DNA of 34,446 bases from a virus (lineage: Duplodnaviria; Caudoviricetes): positions 1 to 34,446 of the IMG/VR virus record IMGVR_UViG_3300032218_000050; one strand, given 5' to 3'. The notes below the pieces were generated by a model. That model saw nothing but the letters and a program-made list of their open reading frames with translations. It made no database searches and was not told the DNA's origin. How positions within the stretch are numbered: the first letter of the stretch is position 1; each line of letters begins with the position of its first letter. Of this stretch, positions 10,540 through 19,119 are shown piece by piece. The position numbers were made by a program, and so were the translations under genes.

Positions 10540-10809
10540 TTAAGCCTTTGGATATTTAGCCTTGACCGCTTGGCAGTCAGCAATGTATTTATCAATCTGG
10601 GCTTGGTCTGCTTTTGCTATGCCATCAAGATAATCGGTATATGGTGGATATTCTCTTGCTCGTTTTTGTGCGTAGGTTAGTTCTGTTTTTGGGCGTAAAG
10701 CCTCTGCTTCTTCATCTGTAATCTGGACTGAGCCAGCAGGAAGTAGATGAGCGAATGAATCGTCATCAAGGAAATGTACAGAGTTGTCAGGTGATTTGTA
10801 GTTTGGCAT
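10540..10809 (-). CDS. Putative tail fibre assembly/chaperone-like protein
   Basis: ITDEEAEAL plus YAQKRAREYPP..DYLD...VKAKYPK motifs; directly after a fibre gene. Confidence 0.6.
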   Translation of the reverse strand: MPNYKSPDNSVHFLDDDSFAHLLPAGSVQITDEEAEALRPKTELTYAQKRAREYPPYTDYLDGIAKADQAQIDKYIADCQAVKAKYPKA

Positions 10810-10818
10810 TTAAATTCC

Positions 10819-11619
10819 TTAGCGGAGTTCGTAGACATTAACAATTGATGGCAAAGTCAACACATAACTCATTCCTGAAGGAATAATAAATGTTGCTGGA
10901 AAAAAATAAGCGGCGTTGGACATATTTTGCAAAGCCAAAGTCACCCCTCCTATGACCATCGTGCTACTTGCATCGGCTATTCCCTTTAAGTAGAAAGTTA
11001 TTGGCTTGCCAGTTGTGTTGTAGTAAGTTGTTCCACTTGTACGAGTAACCGCTTGCCAAGTCTGTCCATATCCCAAAGAACTCATGGAATTTAAAGCCTG
11101 ACCACCATACCCTTGGATAGTTGATGGGGCTGTTAGCCATGTTCCCGCTATTGCTTGTGTAGATTCAACGTAACCTACCACACGGTATGCAACAGATGTT
11201 CTGGCTGTTGTTGAGTAATAAGCCGTAGCAGAATTAGAAGCGGCGGCAATAGTGGTTGTTGTGATTAGTGTTGTTTCATCAAGTACTGAGCCACCAGAGA
11301 TATTTACGACCGCTAATTCAACAGTTCCAGCGTTATCAATAGCCAATACAATAATACGCGATTGAACTGTGCTTACAGTACCAAGCGTAGCGGTAGATGG
11401 AATAACAACAGAAATTGCAGATGCTATTGTGCGTGTAACAGTTGTTCCACTACCAAGAGTAGAACTGCGAAAAACCAATGAACATGGGTTCAAAGTTACA
11501 GTTAACGCACTAGCACCAGCAGATGCCGTGATTGGATAGACGGGGCTAAAAGTAGCCGATGGCAATGTGCTTGAATCGTTAAAAGTAACACCAGCCGTTC
11601 CATCAAGAATCAACGACAT
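10819..11619 (-). CDS. Tail fibre/receptor-binding protein
   Basis: Ser/Thr-rich; LGYGQTWQAVTRTSGTTYYNTTGKPI fibre-tip motif. Confidence 0.75.
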   Translation of the reverse strand: MSLILDGTAGVTFNDSSTLPSATFSPVYPITASAGASALTVTLNPCSLVFRSSTLGSGTTVTRTIASAISVVIPSTATLGTVSTVQSRIIVLAIDNAGTVELAVVNISGGSVLDETTLITTTTIAAASNSATAYYSTTARTSVAYRVVGYVESTQAIAGTWLTAPSTIQGYGGQALNSMSSLGYGQTWQAVTRTSGTTYYNTTGKPITFYLKGIADASSTMVIGGVTLALQNMSNAAYFFPATFIIPSGMSYVLTLPSIVNVYELR

Positions 11620-11831
11620 TATCTATTCTCCAATGCCGCTATTCTTGCCATAAGAGCAGTAATAGTATCGGCTTGTGTTTGTATTGTTTGCTGAACTGTG
11701 GGTGTTGCTTGTCGTGTGGATTCTTCTGCCACCCAAGCGGCATGGGTAGCCTGTGCTTGCGCTACTTCTTCTGCCGTTAAATCAACAATTTTTTGTTCGC
11801 CAGTTATAACATTTACTTCAATTTTTTGCAT
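11619..11831 (-). CDS. Small tail-associated protein
   Basis: IEVNVITGE...LTAEE motif and C-terminal coiled coil LMARIAALE. Confidence 0.65.
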   Translation of the reverse strand: MQKIEVNVITGEQKIVDLTAEEVAQAQATHAAWVAEESTRQATPTVQQTIQTQADTITALMARIAALENR

Positions 11832-11833
11832 AT

Positions 11834-12436
11834 TTATCCTTCATACATAATGTTAATAGAACCAGCAGAAAAGGTGTCTGTGCCATTTACTGTGGTTATA
11901 CGGACTCTTGTTAAAACACCGCCAAGTGTTTTTGCGCCACCTGTTACAACTGGATATGGAACAGTTGTTATGTTTGTTAATACTCCACTTGCTATCCAAG
12001 TATTTCCAGATATATTTGTAAAAACAACATTGCCGCTTTGCGTGTAATAACTAGCATTTGTATAAAGAGGAATACCAGTTGTATATGAAACAACTGTTGC
12101 CGCCGCGCCATTACCAGCCGCAAAAACAACACCTGTATACCCAGTAGTTTCAACTGAAGATGCCGTTCCTAGTTGAATCAATATATTACTGCTAATGCTT
12201 ATAGATACAGCATTGAAAATCACAGTTACTCGTTTAACCCAACTAGGCAAAGAAGTAAAGTCAATGCTAGTACCAGATGTAGATGCAACCGCAGTTCCAC
12301 TAACAAGTTGCCCATATGCACCAGTAGAGTCAACAGTTAATTTTGTAGTGCCGTTTGCTTGAAATGCTAATGCGCCAGATGTATCTGCCGTACTAATCAA
12401 TCCATTTGATGTTGATGCGTTTATGGTGACTGTCAT
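11834..12436 (-). CDS. Tail fibre-associated beta-rich protein (paralog A)
   Basis: VSGTAVASTSGTSIDFTSLPSWVKRVTV ... NGTDTFSAGSINIMYE, shared with the neighbouring ORF. Confidence 0.75.
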   Translation of the reverse strand: MTVTINASTSNGLISTADTSGALAFQANGTTKLTVDSTGAYGQLVSGTAVASTSGTSIDFTSLPSWVKRVTVIFNAVSISISSNILIQLGTASSVETTGYTGVVFAAGNGAAATVVSYTTGIPLYTNASYYTQSGNVVFTNISGNTWIASGVLTNITTVPYPVVTGGAKTLGGVLTRVRITTVNGTDTFSAGSINIMYEG

Positions 12437-12441
12437 TTCTT

Positions 12442-13035
12442 TTACTCGTAAAGAATGTTTACTGAACCAGCGTCAAATGTATCTGTGCCGTTTTTTGTGG
12501 TAAGACGGATTCGGTCAAGTGTTCCAGAAAGTGTTTTTACACCACCACCATAAAAAGTTGCTGACATTGACTGCTCAATAATTGAATGCGTAGAAACCCA
12601 TATATTTGACCCAAAGTTGGTTATAAACATATGTCCATAATGGCTAAAACTAGCGCCATAGGATTGCATACAGTATCCAGCGGTTGATGTATCTGGGCCA
12701 TTTCCAGACGCCCTAGTTAACATACTTTCTGATATATACGAAGCGGTATCTATGCTTCCTGCGCCAATTTGTATTAAGAAACTTGATGAGCCACTTCCGC
12801 TAACGCCATTAAGCATCACAGTAATTCTTTTAACCCAAGATGGAATAGAAGTAAAGTCAATAGATGTTCCGCTAGTAGAAGCAACCGCAGTTCCGCTAAC
12901 AATCGAACTATTAACTCCATTAACAACAACAGAACCAGTACCAGCGGGAAGTGATAGCGTATTAGAACCCGCTACGGCTGGCGCAGATAAGGTTATCGTT
13001 CCGCTTGTATCACCTGAGATTACTACTGATGCCAT
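12442..13035 (-). CDS. Tail fibre-associated beta-rich protein (paralog B)
   Basis: VSGTAVASTSGTSIDFTSIPSWVKRITV ... NGTDTFDAGSVNILYE. Confidence 0.75.
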   Translation of the reverse strand: MASVVISGDTSGTITLSAPAVAGSNTLSLPAGTGSVVVNGVNSSIVSGTAVASTSGTSIDFTSIPSWVKRITVMLNGVSGSGSSSFLIQIGAGSIDTASYISESMLTRASGNGPDTSTAGYCMQSYGASFSHYGHMFITNFGSNIWVSTHSIIEQSMSATFYGGGVKTLSGTLDRIRLTTKNGTDTFDAGSVNILYE

Positions 13036-13044
13036 CTTTATTCC

Positions 13045-15621
13045 TTACAAAACAACCCAACGGCTACCACTTGCAATAGTTACTGCAACACCGCTAGATA
13101 GGGTTATTGGGCCAGCACTCATAGCAGAATTACCACTTGCAATCGTGTAACTTACACCGACTGTTTGGCTGTTTACTTGTAAACCGCCACTTGCAATTTG
13201 AATTGGTGAAGTCAATTCGCCTGATAGCGGGTTGTATTTCAGTTTGGTAGAACTTACATTTTCAGATGTAATCGAGCCAGATGTAGCGCTTGTAAATGTT
13301 AGATAACGGGTTGCGTTTGTGGTTGTATCGTCTGTAATCGTGATGCCAGAAGATGCCGCCGCCGCCCATGTAGGCACACCAGACGCTAGAGTAAGGATAT
13401 AGCCGTTAGTGCCAGCCGCTAAGAATGTAGTCGCACCAGAACCAGTCTGGTAAGGCACAGAGCCGTTAGCACCCCCAGCAAGGTTAGTCGCTGTGGTTGC
13501 ACTTGTTGCAGTTGCCGCGTTACCACCAATCGACAGACCAGAAGCCGTTCCCGTTAGACCAGTACCCGCACCGCTAAACGATGTAGAGGTTAAAACGCCC
13601 GTAGAAGGGTTAAATTGGTACTTGGTAGAGGCTACATACTGTGTGCTAATTGTTCCGCTTGTAGCCGCCGCATATAGCGGATAGCGCGTTGCGTTAGTAG
13701 TTGTATCGTCTGACAGCGTGATTGATGATGCTGGGCTTGTCCAAGTAGGTGTGCTTGAACCATTAGAGGTAAGAACTTGACCAGTAGTGCCAGCCGTAGT
13801 TACCGCCAACGCTGTGGTGGTAGAGCCATAAACTATGCCACCAGCAACAAACAAAGATGATTGTCCTGTGCCACCTCGGTTATATGCAACAGCATTGCCG
13901 TTCCATGTGCCAGAAGTAAATGAGCCAGCGTAATCAAATGTATTGGTTGACCAAGAAACATTGGATGGGGCAAAGTTATGCACATCCCATGAACCCGCGG
14001 CTATTGAGTTACTCAACAAAATTACATCAACATAACCGCCCGATTGAATGGTTGCAACAGTCGTGCTTGAGTTGTTTTTAACAACAATCGTTCCGCTACT
14101 TTGATTATTGTTGAATGTGTAGTTAGCACCATTAGCCAATGTAGTTGCGTCTGGTAATTGGTAAGTCTGACCACCAGAACCCGTCACTACATAGTTAGGT
14201 ACAGAAGCAACAGTAAGCACAGTTGTTGTGCCTGCCGCGGCAACATTAGAAAACCCTTCGCTTACAGCGTTTGCGCTAATGTTTACGCTTGCATCTCTTA
14301 AAACTACCGAGTTAGCACCAGTTGACGCTGTTACGCCAGTTCCACCATTTGCCACATTGAGCGTTCCAGACAATGTGACCGCGCCAGTTGTGTTGCTCGA
14401 AGGCGTGAAACCAGTTGTACCAGCAGAGAATGTGCTAACAAAGTTTCCAGACAATGCGCTCGTAGGAATCGTTGTAGACGCTGTAACAGCGCTACTAGCA
14501 TTGCCATATAGATAGCCTGTTAAACCGCTTGTAATCAGCGTTCCAAGCGTTGCAGAGCCACCCGTTATTGCTACCGAGTTAGCGTTCTGGGTTGACATAG
14601 TGCCAAGACCAGAAATGTCCGTGTTAGGGATAGTTGTTGACGCTGTAAACGCGCTTGTACCGCTTCCTTTGACATATCCTGTCAGCGTAACCGCCCCAGT
14701 ACCGCCATAAGCCACGCCAATCGTGCTTGCGTTCCAAGTGCCTGCTGTGAGCGTTCCAACACCAGTAATACCCGTGTAAGACCCGCTTAACAGACTAGAA
14801 CTAAATGTTCCAGAGGTCGTTTGGCTTGCAGATATGACAATATTTGACGCAGTTAGCGAGGTCAGTTGACCTTGTGCGTTAACTGTTGCCGTCAATGTCT
14901 GTGATGCCGAGCCGTAAGAACCCGCAGTCACACCAGTATTTGTAATACTAAAAGTGTTAGACGATAAAGATAGACCCGTACCAGCAAAGTAAGTGCCAGA
15001 GCCAGAGAATTGCACCCAAGGCATTGCAGTAACGCCAATAGTGCCTGTATCTGAGGCGGTTGTTACCCAAGATGTATTAGCGTTTGTTGAGCCGTTGATA
15101 ACGACTGTGTATGCGCCAGGCACTTCTGACCATACGTCCATGTCTGTCGAACGTGTCCAAGCCGTTGCAGACGCTAAATAGATGCCGTTTTGGGCAGAAC
15201 TTGTTTGATTCTTTACCAATATCCTGTCACCAGATAGCGTGGTGTAGGTATCTATCGTTTGTAGACCAGATAACGTGATGTTCGCTGTTGTAGCGCACTT
15301 CACAGCCTGTTTTGGGCTTAGTCCTTGGGCAATAGAGTCAACATAATACTTGTTGGCTATGTCCGAATTTGATGTTGGGCTAGTCGTTACTTGCCCAGTT
15401 GTTGTAAAGATATTGGTAAAAACCCCAGTAGAAGGAGTAGTTGCACCGATAGTCGTGCTATTTATCGTACTGCTGGTTATATCCAAACCAGACTGACTAG
15501 GATTTATATTCGCAAAGAATGGCTGACCCTGACCAATAAAAGTCTGAAAGACACCATCAACAGAAAAATAAGCCTGTACGGGCAATAAATTCTGTACGAC
15601 AGAATTGGCAGGGTTAGCCAT
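13045..15621 (-). CDS. Long tail fibre protein
   Basis: 858 aa, very Thr/Ser/Gly-rich; ATTANITLSGLQTID...GDRILVKNQT...NGIY domain, repeated GGTG motifs, internal duplication DDTTTNATRY. Confidence 0.8.
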   Translation of the reverse strand: MANPANSVVQNLLPVQAYFSVDGVFQTFIGQGQPFFANINPSQSGLDITSSTINSTTIGATTPSTGVFTNIFTTTGQVTTSPTSNSDIANKYYVDSIAQGLSPKQAVKCATTANITLSGLQTIDTYTTLSGDRILVKNQTSSAQNGIYLASATAWTRSTDMDVWSEVPGAYTVVINGSTNANTSWVTTASDTGTIGVTAMPWVQFSGSGTYFAGTGLSLSSNTFSITNTGVTAGSYGSASQTLTATVNAQGQLTSLTASNIVISASQTTSGTFSSSLLSGSYTGITGVGTLTAGTWNASTIGVAYGGTGAVTLTGYVKGSGTSAFTASTTIPNTDISGLGTMSTQNANSVAITGGSATLGTLITSGLTGYLYGNASSAVTASTTIPTSALSGNFVSTFSAGTTGFTPSSNTTGAVTLSGTLNVANGGTGVTASTGANSVVLRDASVNISANAVSEGFSNVAAAGTTTVLTVASVPNYVVTGSGGQTYQLPDATTLANGANYTFNNNQSSGTIVVKNNSSTTVATIQSGGYVDVILLSNSIAAGSWDVHNFAPSNVSWSTNTFDYAGSFTSGTWNGNAVAYNRGGTGQSSLFVAGGIVYGSTTTALAVTTAGTTGQVLTSNGSSTPTWTSPASSITLSDDTTTNATRYPLYAAATSGTISTQYVASTKYQFNPSTGVLTSTSFSGAGTGLTGTASGLSIGGNAATATSATTATNLAGGANGSVPYQTGSGATTFLAAGTNGYILTLASGVPTWAAAASSGITITDDTTTNATRYLTFTSATSGSITSENVSSTKLKYNPLSGELTSPIQIASGGLQVNSQTVGVSYTIASGNSAMSAGPITLSSGVAVTIASGSRWVVL

Positions 15622-15630
15622 AACGCCCCT

Positions 15631-15975
15631 TTAACTTTGATAGATGGAGGGTGTTACATACATGATGCCAGCAGTACCAGAATTGGATTTTGCTGTTAAG
15701 TAGTATGGGGTAACTGGTGTTGCAACAATTAAAGGTCTCGTCATGCCAGCAGGCAAAACAAAGTCTCCATTTGTTCCATCAACAGGAAAAACGGGAGCGC
15801 CTGGGTCGGTCGTTCCCCACTTCACCGCAATAGGGCTTGCACCCGTATTAAGGAAAGATGTGTAGTTCACTTGGTCGTTGGTAGCATCATCAATCAAAAC
15901 CGCCGCGTGTGCGGTAGAAGTAACTGATAACGCTACTGTTTGACCAGCAGTTCTAAGAACAGATGAGCCAGCCAT
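15631..15975 (-). CDS. Virion structural protein (decoration-like)
   Basis: 114-aa beta-rich ORF with AGGGG RBS in the structural operon. Confidence 0.65.
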   Translation of the reverse strand: MAGSSVLRTAGQTVALSVTSTAHAAVLIDDATNDQVNYTSFLNTGASPIAVKWGTTDPGAPVFPVDGTNGDFVLPAGMTRPLIVATPVTPYYLTAKSNSGTAGIMYVTPSIYQS

Positions 15976-15977
15976 GA

Positions 15978-16316
15978 TTAAGCCGCATTAGTTGCTGGTG
16001 GCGTTCCATCTGGGCGTACCACTTTAAAGTAGTAAGTACCAGCCGCAGGCGTAATCGCAGTAGCACCGCCAGAAGTGTTCTGAAACTGTACTGTCAGACT
16101 ATTGTCAACAGTTACATCACAGTTAGTAATGGCAATATCTTTAGTTTGATTACCAGCATATTGCATGAAATACACAATATCGCTTGCTTTTAATCCAGCA
16201 ATAGGAAAGGCTTGCAATGATTGGGTGGTGCTAGTAACTAAAACTGCGGGAGTGAGTGAAGGGGCAATAACAAACGCTTCGAGAATGTTGCCACGGGTGA
16301 CAGTCGTAGATGACAT
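15978..16316 (-). CDS. Virion structural protein (decoration-like)
   Basis: 112-aa beta-rich ORF with AAGGA RBS. Confidence 0.65.
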   Translation of the reverse strand: MSSTTVTRGNILEAFVIAPSLTPAVLVTSTTQSLQAFPIAGLKASDIVYFMQYAGNQTKDIAITNCDVTVDNSLTVQFQNTSGGATAITPAAGTYYFKVVRPDGTPPATNAA

Positions 16317-16357
16317 GGTTATTCCTTAAAAGAATGGGTTTATTGTATCGTAAAAGC

Positions 16358-16389
16358 AAAAAAAGCCACCCCTTGTGAGGATGGCTTTT
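16358..16389 (-). terminator. Rho-independent terminator after coat and first decoration gene
   Basis: Minus strand AAAAGCCATCCT-CACA-AGGGGTGGCTTTTTTT: stem-loop plus U-tract. Confidence 0.85.
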
Positions 16390-16405
16390 CTCTATTTATC
16401 CCCGA

Positions 16406-16837
16406 TTAAAACTCGGAGAAATCGTACCCGTAAACAAAGATGTCAACAGTACCGCCAGAAACGGCTGTGCCAACTTTTACATACAAGGTTTGTGCTGACA
16501 AGTTAGTAGTCTTTGTTCCTGCTACTACTGTGGCGTTAGTCACATAAGCAGAAGAAGTGTTGCTAGTCAACGATGCGTTAGTAACGACTTCAGTACCTGT
16601 TCCTGCTGGTGCAGTCCAAATAGCCAATGCGCCGCCGCTAACATCTTTGTTTGCGTTGGTAATGGCTACGTTCTGGATGCTGTAAGAACTTGTATTGAAA
16701 ACGGGAAGAGTAACGCTTGAATCACCAGTAGCGGAGATTGGCACACCACTAGCGAAAGCCAAAAGGCGAATCGCTTGGTTCGTTGCCAAATTGCTTGGGT
16801 GAATTGTTACTGTACTTGCTGGTCCTGGATTTGCCAT
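16406..16837 (-). CDS. Head decoration/cement-like protein
   Basis: 143-aa beta-rich ORF directly after the coat gene and before the terminator; AAGGA RBS. Confidence 0.65.
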   Translation of the reverse strand: MANPGPASTVTIHPSNLATNQAIRLLAFASGVPISATGDSSVTLPVFNTSSYSIQNVAITNANKDVSGGALAIWTAPAGTGTEVVTNASLTSNTSSAYVTNATVVAGTKTTNLSAQTLYVKVGTAVSGGTVDIFVYGYDFSEF

Positions 16838-16865
16838 GATATTTATTCCTTAAAAAAGTTAATGA

Positions 16866-18122
16866 TTAAGCGGCAACGCGGCAAGCCAACTCAGGGTAGA
16901 GAGGAGCCCAACCATACAAGACATCCAAACGCGTTGGAATACTGTCATTGTTGATTGTGTACTGCCTCACAACACGGAGGGACAAACCAATGTCTTTGTC
17001 GCTTGCACGACCAGCAAAATGGACACCTTCTGGCAATTCCAAGTCGGCCATGGCCACTGTAAATGCGTTCTTGTGCATGATGATGTTCTGTGGTGACACA
17101 GTTCCTGTGCTGTTGAACTGAGTGATAGCGGCGGTAGCAGAAGTTGTCGGGATAGACACATTCTGGAACTGACCAGCGGTAATCACAGCAGGAGACACAA
17201 CGACAGAGCCAGAAGCACCAGAAGCGATAGCAACAGTTGTTTTCACAACAAAGTTACGCAACTTGTTAGAGCCATAGGCTTGGCGGTTTTGTGGGTTGAC
17301 AGCAAACACACCAGCGATAGTGAAAGTATCACCAGCGTTGAGGTTCAAAGTACCAGTGTTAGCGGCTGTAACAGTAATAGTGCTTGAAGATGCCCAACCA
17401 GAGGTCAAGAATCCAGTAGCAGTAGTAGTTGCAACAGAGCCAGTCACAGTAGTTGTGCTGTTGTTACCAAAGGTCTGAGACACAATATTTTGGTCAAGAC
17501 GCCAACGCATACCCGCGCTGTCTGTTCCCATCAAACCTTTTTTGTAATGCTCACTAATTTTGTCATTAGGAACAAACAAGCCTTTCAAACTGTCAACGAT
17601 AGTTGCAGATGTAAAAGGTTCAACGATACATGAACGGCGACCATCGCGGGGTGCGGCTTCGCTGTCCAAGTAAGCGCCAGCAGTCAGATAGGTAATCAAA
17701 CCAGTTGGCGGTGTACCAGCAGTACCAACGATGTTGGCGGTCTGCAAGGTAGCCATTGCCAAGCCGTCTCTATCTATCTTATTTGCTATGGCGGCCACGG
17801 CCGGTTTCAAAACGCGGTCAGAGAACATATCCAAAGATAATGCTAAATCTTGCGTAGTGAACTGAGTTGACACTTGGAACTGAGTCGAAAGTGTTACTGG
17901 TACTGAAGTTTCATTGAAATCTTCCACCACCAACTGCGGCCCGATTGCGCCTACGAAGCGACCTGGTCTGCGGACATTCACAGTTGCGCCAATTTTGGCC
18001 CCAACTACGGCGAACTGGTCATCGTAATTCCTATCGACCTCGCCCGTAAATGTGAGTTCGTTTTCTAAAACCATCAACGCTTCGTTGGTGATTTTCGAGA
18101 TGGTCAATAAATTATTTGCCAT
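16866..18122 (-). CDS. Major capsid protein, P22 gp5 coat family
   Basis: MANNLLTISKITNEAL.VLEN, KIGATVNVRRP, and C-terminal RLDVLYGW..LYPELACRV. Confidence 0.93.
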   Translation of the reverse strand: MANNLLTISKITNEALMVLENELTFTGEVDRNYDDQFAVVGAKIGATVNVRRPGRFVGAIGPQLVVEDFNETSVPVTLSTQFQVSTQFTTQDLALSLDMFSDRVLKPAVAAIANKIDRDGLAMATLQTANIVGTAGTPPTGLITYLTAGAYLDSEAAPRDGRRSCIVEPFTSATIVDSLKGLFVPNDKISEHYKKGLMGTDSAGMRWRLDQNIVSQTFGNNSTTTVTGSVATTTATGFLTSGWASSSTITVTAANTGTLNLNAGDTFTIAGVFAVNPQNRQAYGSNKLRNFVVKTTVAIASGASGSVVVSPAVITAGQFQNVSIPTTSATAAITQFNSTGTVSPQNIIMHKNAFTVAMADLELPEGVHFAGRASDKDIGLSLRVVRQYTINNDSIPTRLDVLYGWAPLYPELACRVAA

Positions 18123-18155
18123 TTCATTTCCTTAAAAGTTTAAAAAAGATTAGGT

Positions 18156-19037
18156 TTAGCGAATCTTTCCCGCCCTGCGAGCCTCTTTCCATGCTTGAAA
18201 TGTTCCATGCCATTCGCCATTAGCGGACATGGGCGTATCAGCAGGGTTAGACCCTCTCAGCGGTTGGATTGGCGCTGGTGCTTTACTTCGAGTAATCGGT
18301 GTGGTTTGTGGCGCTGTTTCCTTTGCTTCAAACCTTGCCTCTAACTTTCCTATCTCTCTTAACGCTTGTTTAGGTGACAACCCTGCTATGCGCTTTGCTA
18401 CATCGTCATTCTCAGCCAGATGGTAGAGGATTTGTGGCCCCACATCGCTCTCAAGAATTGCATCACGAATGTCATCATTTACGACCACATCACTAGATGC
18501 CACTATGTCATCAAAGTCTGGCATAGACGCTTTGGCTTGTTGCACTTTGTTCGCCCATTGGTCAATGACCTTTTGGCGCTCTTGTGCTTCTTTAGCCTCT
18601 GCGTCTTGCTTTCGCATCTCACCGATTCGCTTGTCTGCTGTGAACTCTGCTAAAGCCTTCGCATATTCAAACGCATCGTTGAACTGACTGGGTTGTGGTT
18701 CTTCATCAACTTTAGGCGCTTGTGGCGCTGGCTGTCTCTCAAGAACCGCTAAACGGGCTTCTAAGGCTTCCCTTGCTGTACGCTCTTGTTGCGCTTCTTT
18801 TCGCGCTTCTTCGCGTTGCTTGGTTATCTCAGAAAATCGTCTTTCAAGTTTCGGATTCGCTTTAGGCTTTTCCTCTTGCTCTTTTACTTCCGATTCTGGT
18901 TCACTCCGTTCCGCTTCTTCTGTTGGCTCCGCTGGTGCGGCCTCAACTTCGGGTTGGTCGGCTAAACCTAATCTATTTGCATAAAACTCTTGCGAGTTCT
19001 CGCTGGTCAAAACTTGACCCGCTTCTTTCTCAGACAT
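18156..19037 (-). CDS. Scaffolding protein
   Basis: Acidic coiled coil between portal and coat; GPQILYHLA and SKAPAPI motifs; basic C-terminus. Confidence 0.85.
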   Translation of the reverse strand: MSEKEAGQVLTSENSQEFYANRLGLADQPEVEAAPAEPTEEAERSEPESEVKEQEEKPKANPKLERRFSEITKQREEARKEAQQERTAREALEARLAVLERQPAPQAPKVDEEPQPSQFNDAFEYAKALAEFTADKRIGEMRKQDAEAKEAQERQKVIDQWANKVQQAKASMPDFDDIVASSDVVVNDDIRDAILESDVGPQILYHLAENDDVAKRIAGLSPKQALREIGKLEARFEAKETAPQTTPITRSKAPAPIQPLRGSNPADTPMSANGEWHGTFQAWKEARRAGKIR

Positions 19038-19090
19038 TACGTGTCCCTACGGATTTACCCAGTTAACCTAACTGGTAAGGTTTGGTGGCA

Positions 19091-19119
19091 AATTTACCAC
19101 TTTATTGTTGCTGTGTCAA
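19091..19119 (-). promoter_or_regulatory. Sigma70-type promoter for scaffold/coat genes, overlapping the portal 3' end
   Basis: TTGACA (19114-19119), 17 bp, TAAATT (19091-19096), preceded by TGn (extended -10). Confidence 0.7.

Noticed and set aside
10819-13035. Diversity-generating retroelement or invertase shufflon acting on fibre genes
   Set aside because: No reverse transcriptase or recombinase; paralog differences are not adenine-specific and all copies are co-oriented.
16342-16347. TACAAT just after the terminator as a tail-gene promoter
   Set aside because: No -35 or extended -10 at a suitable spacing; insufficient support.
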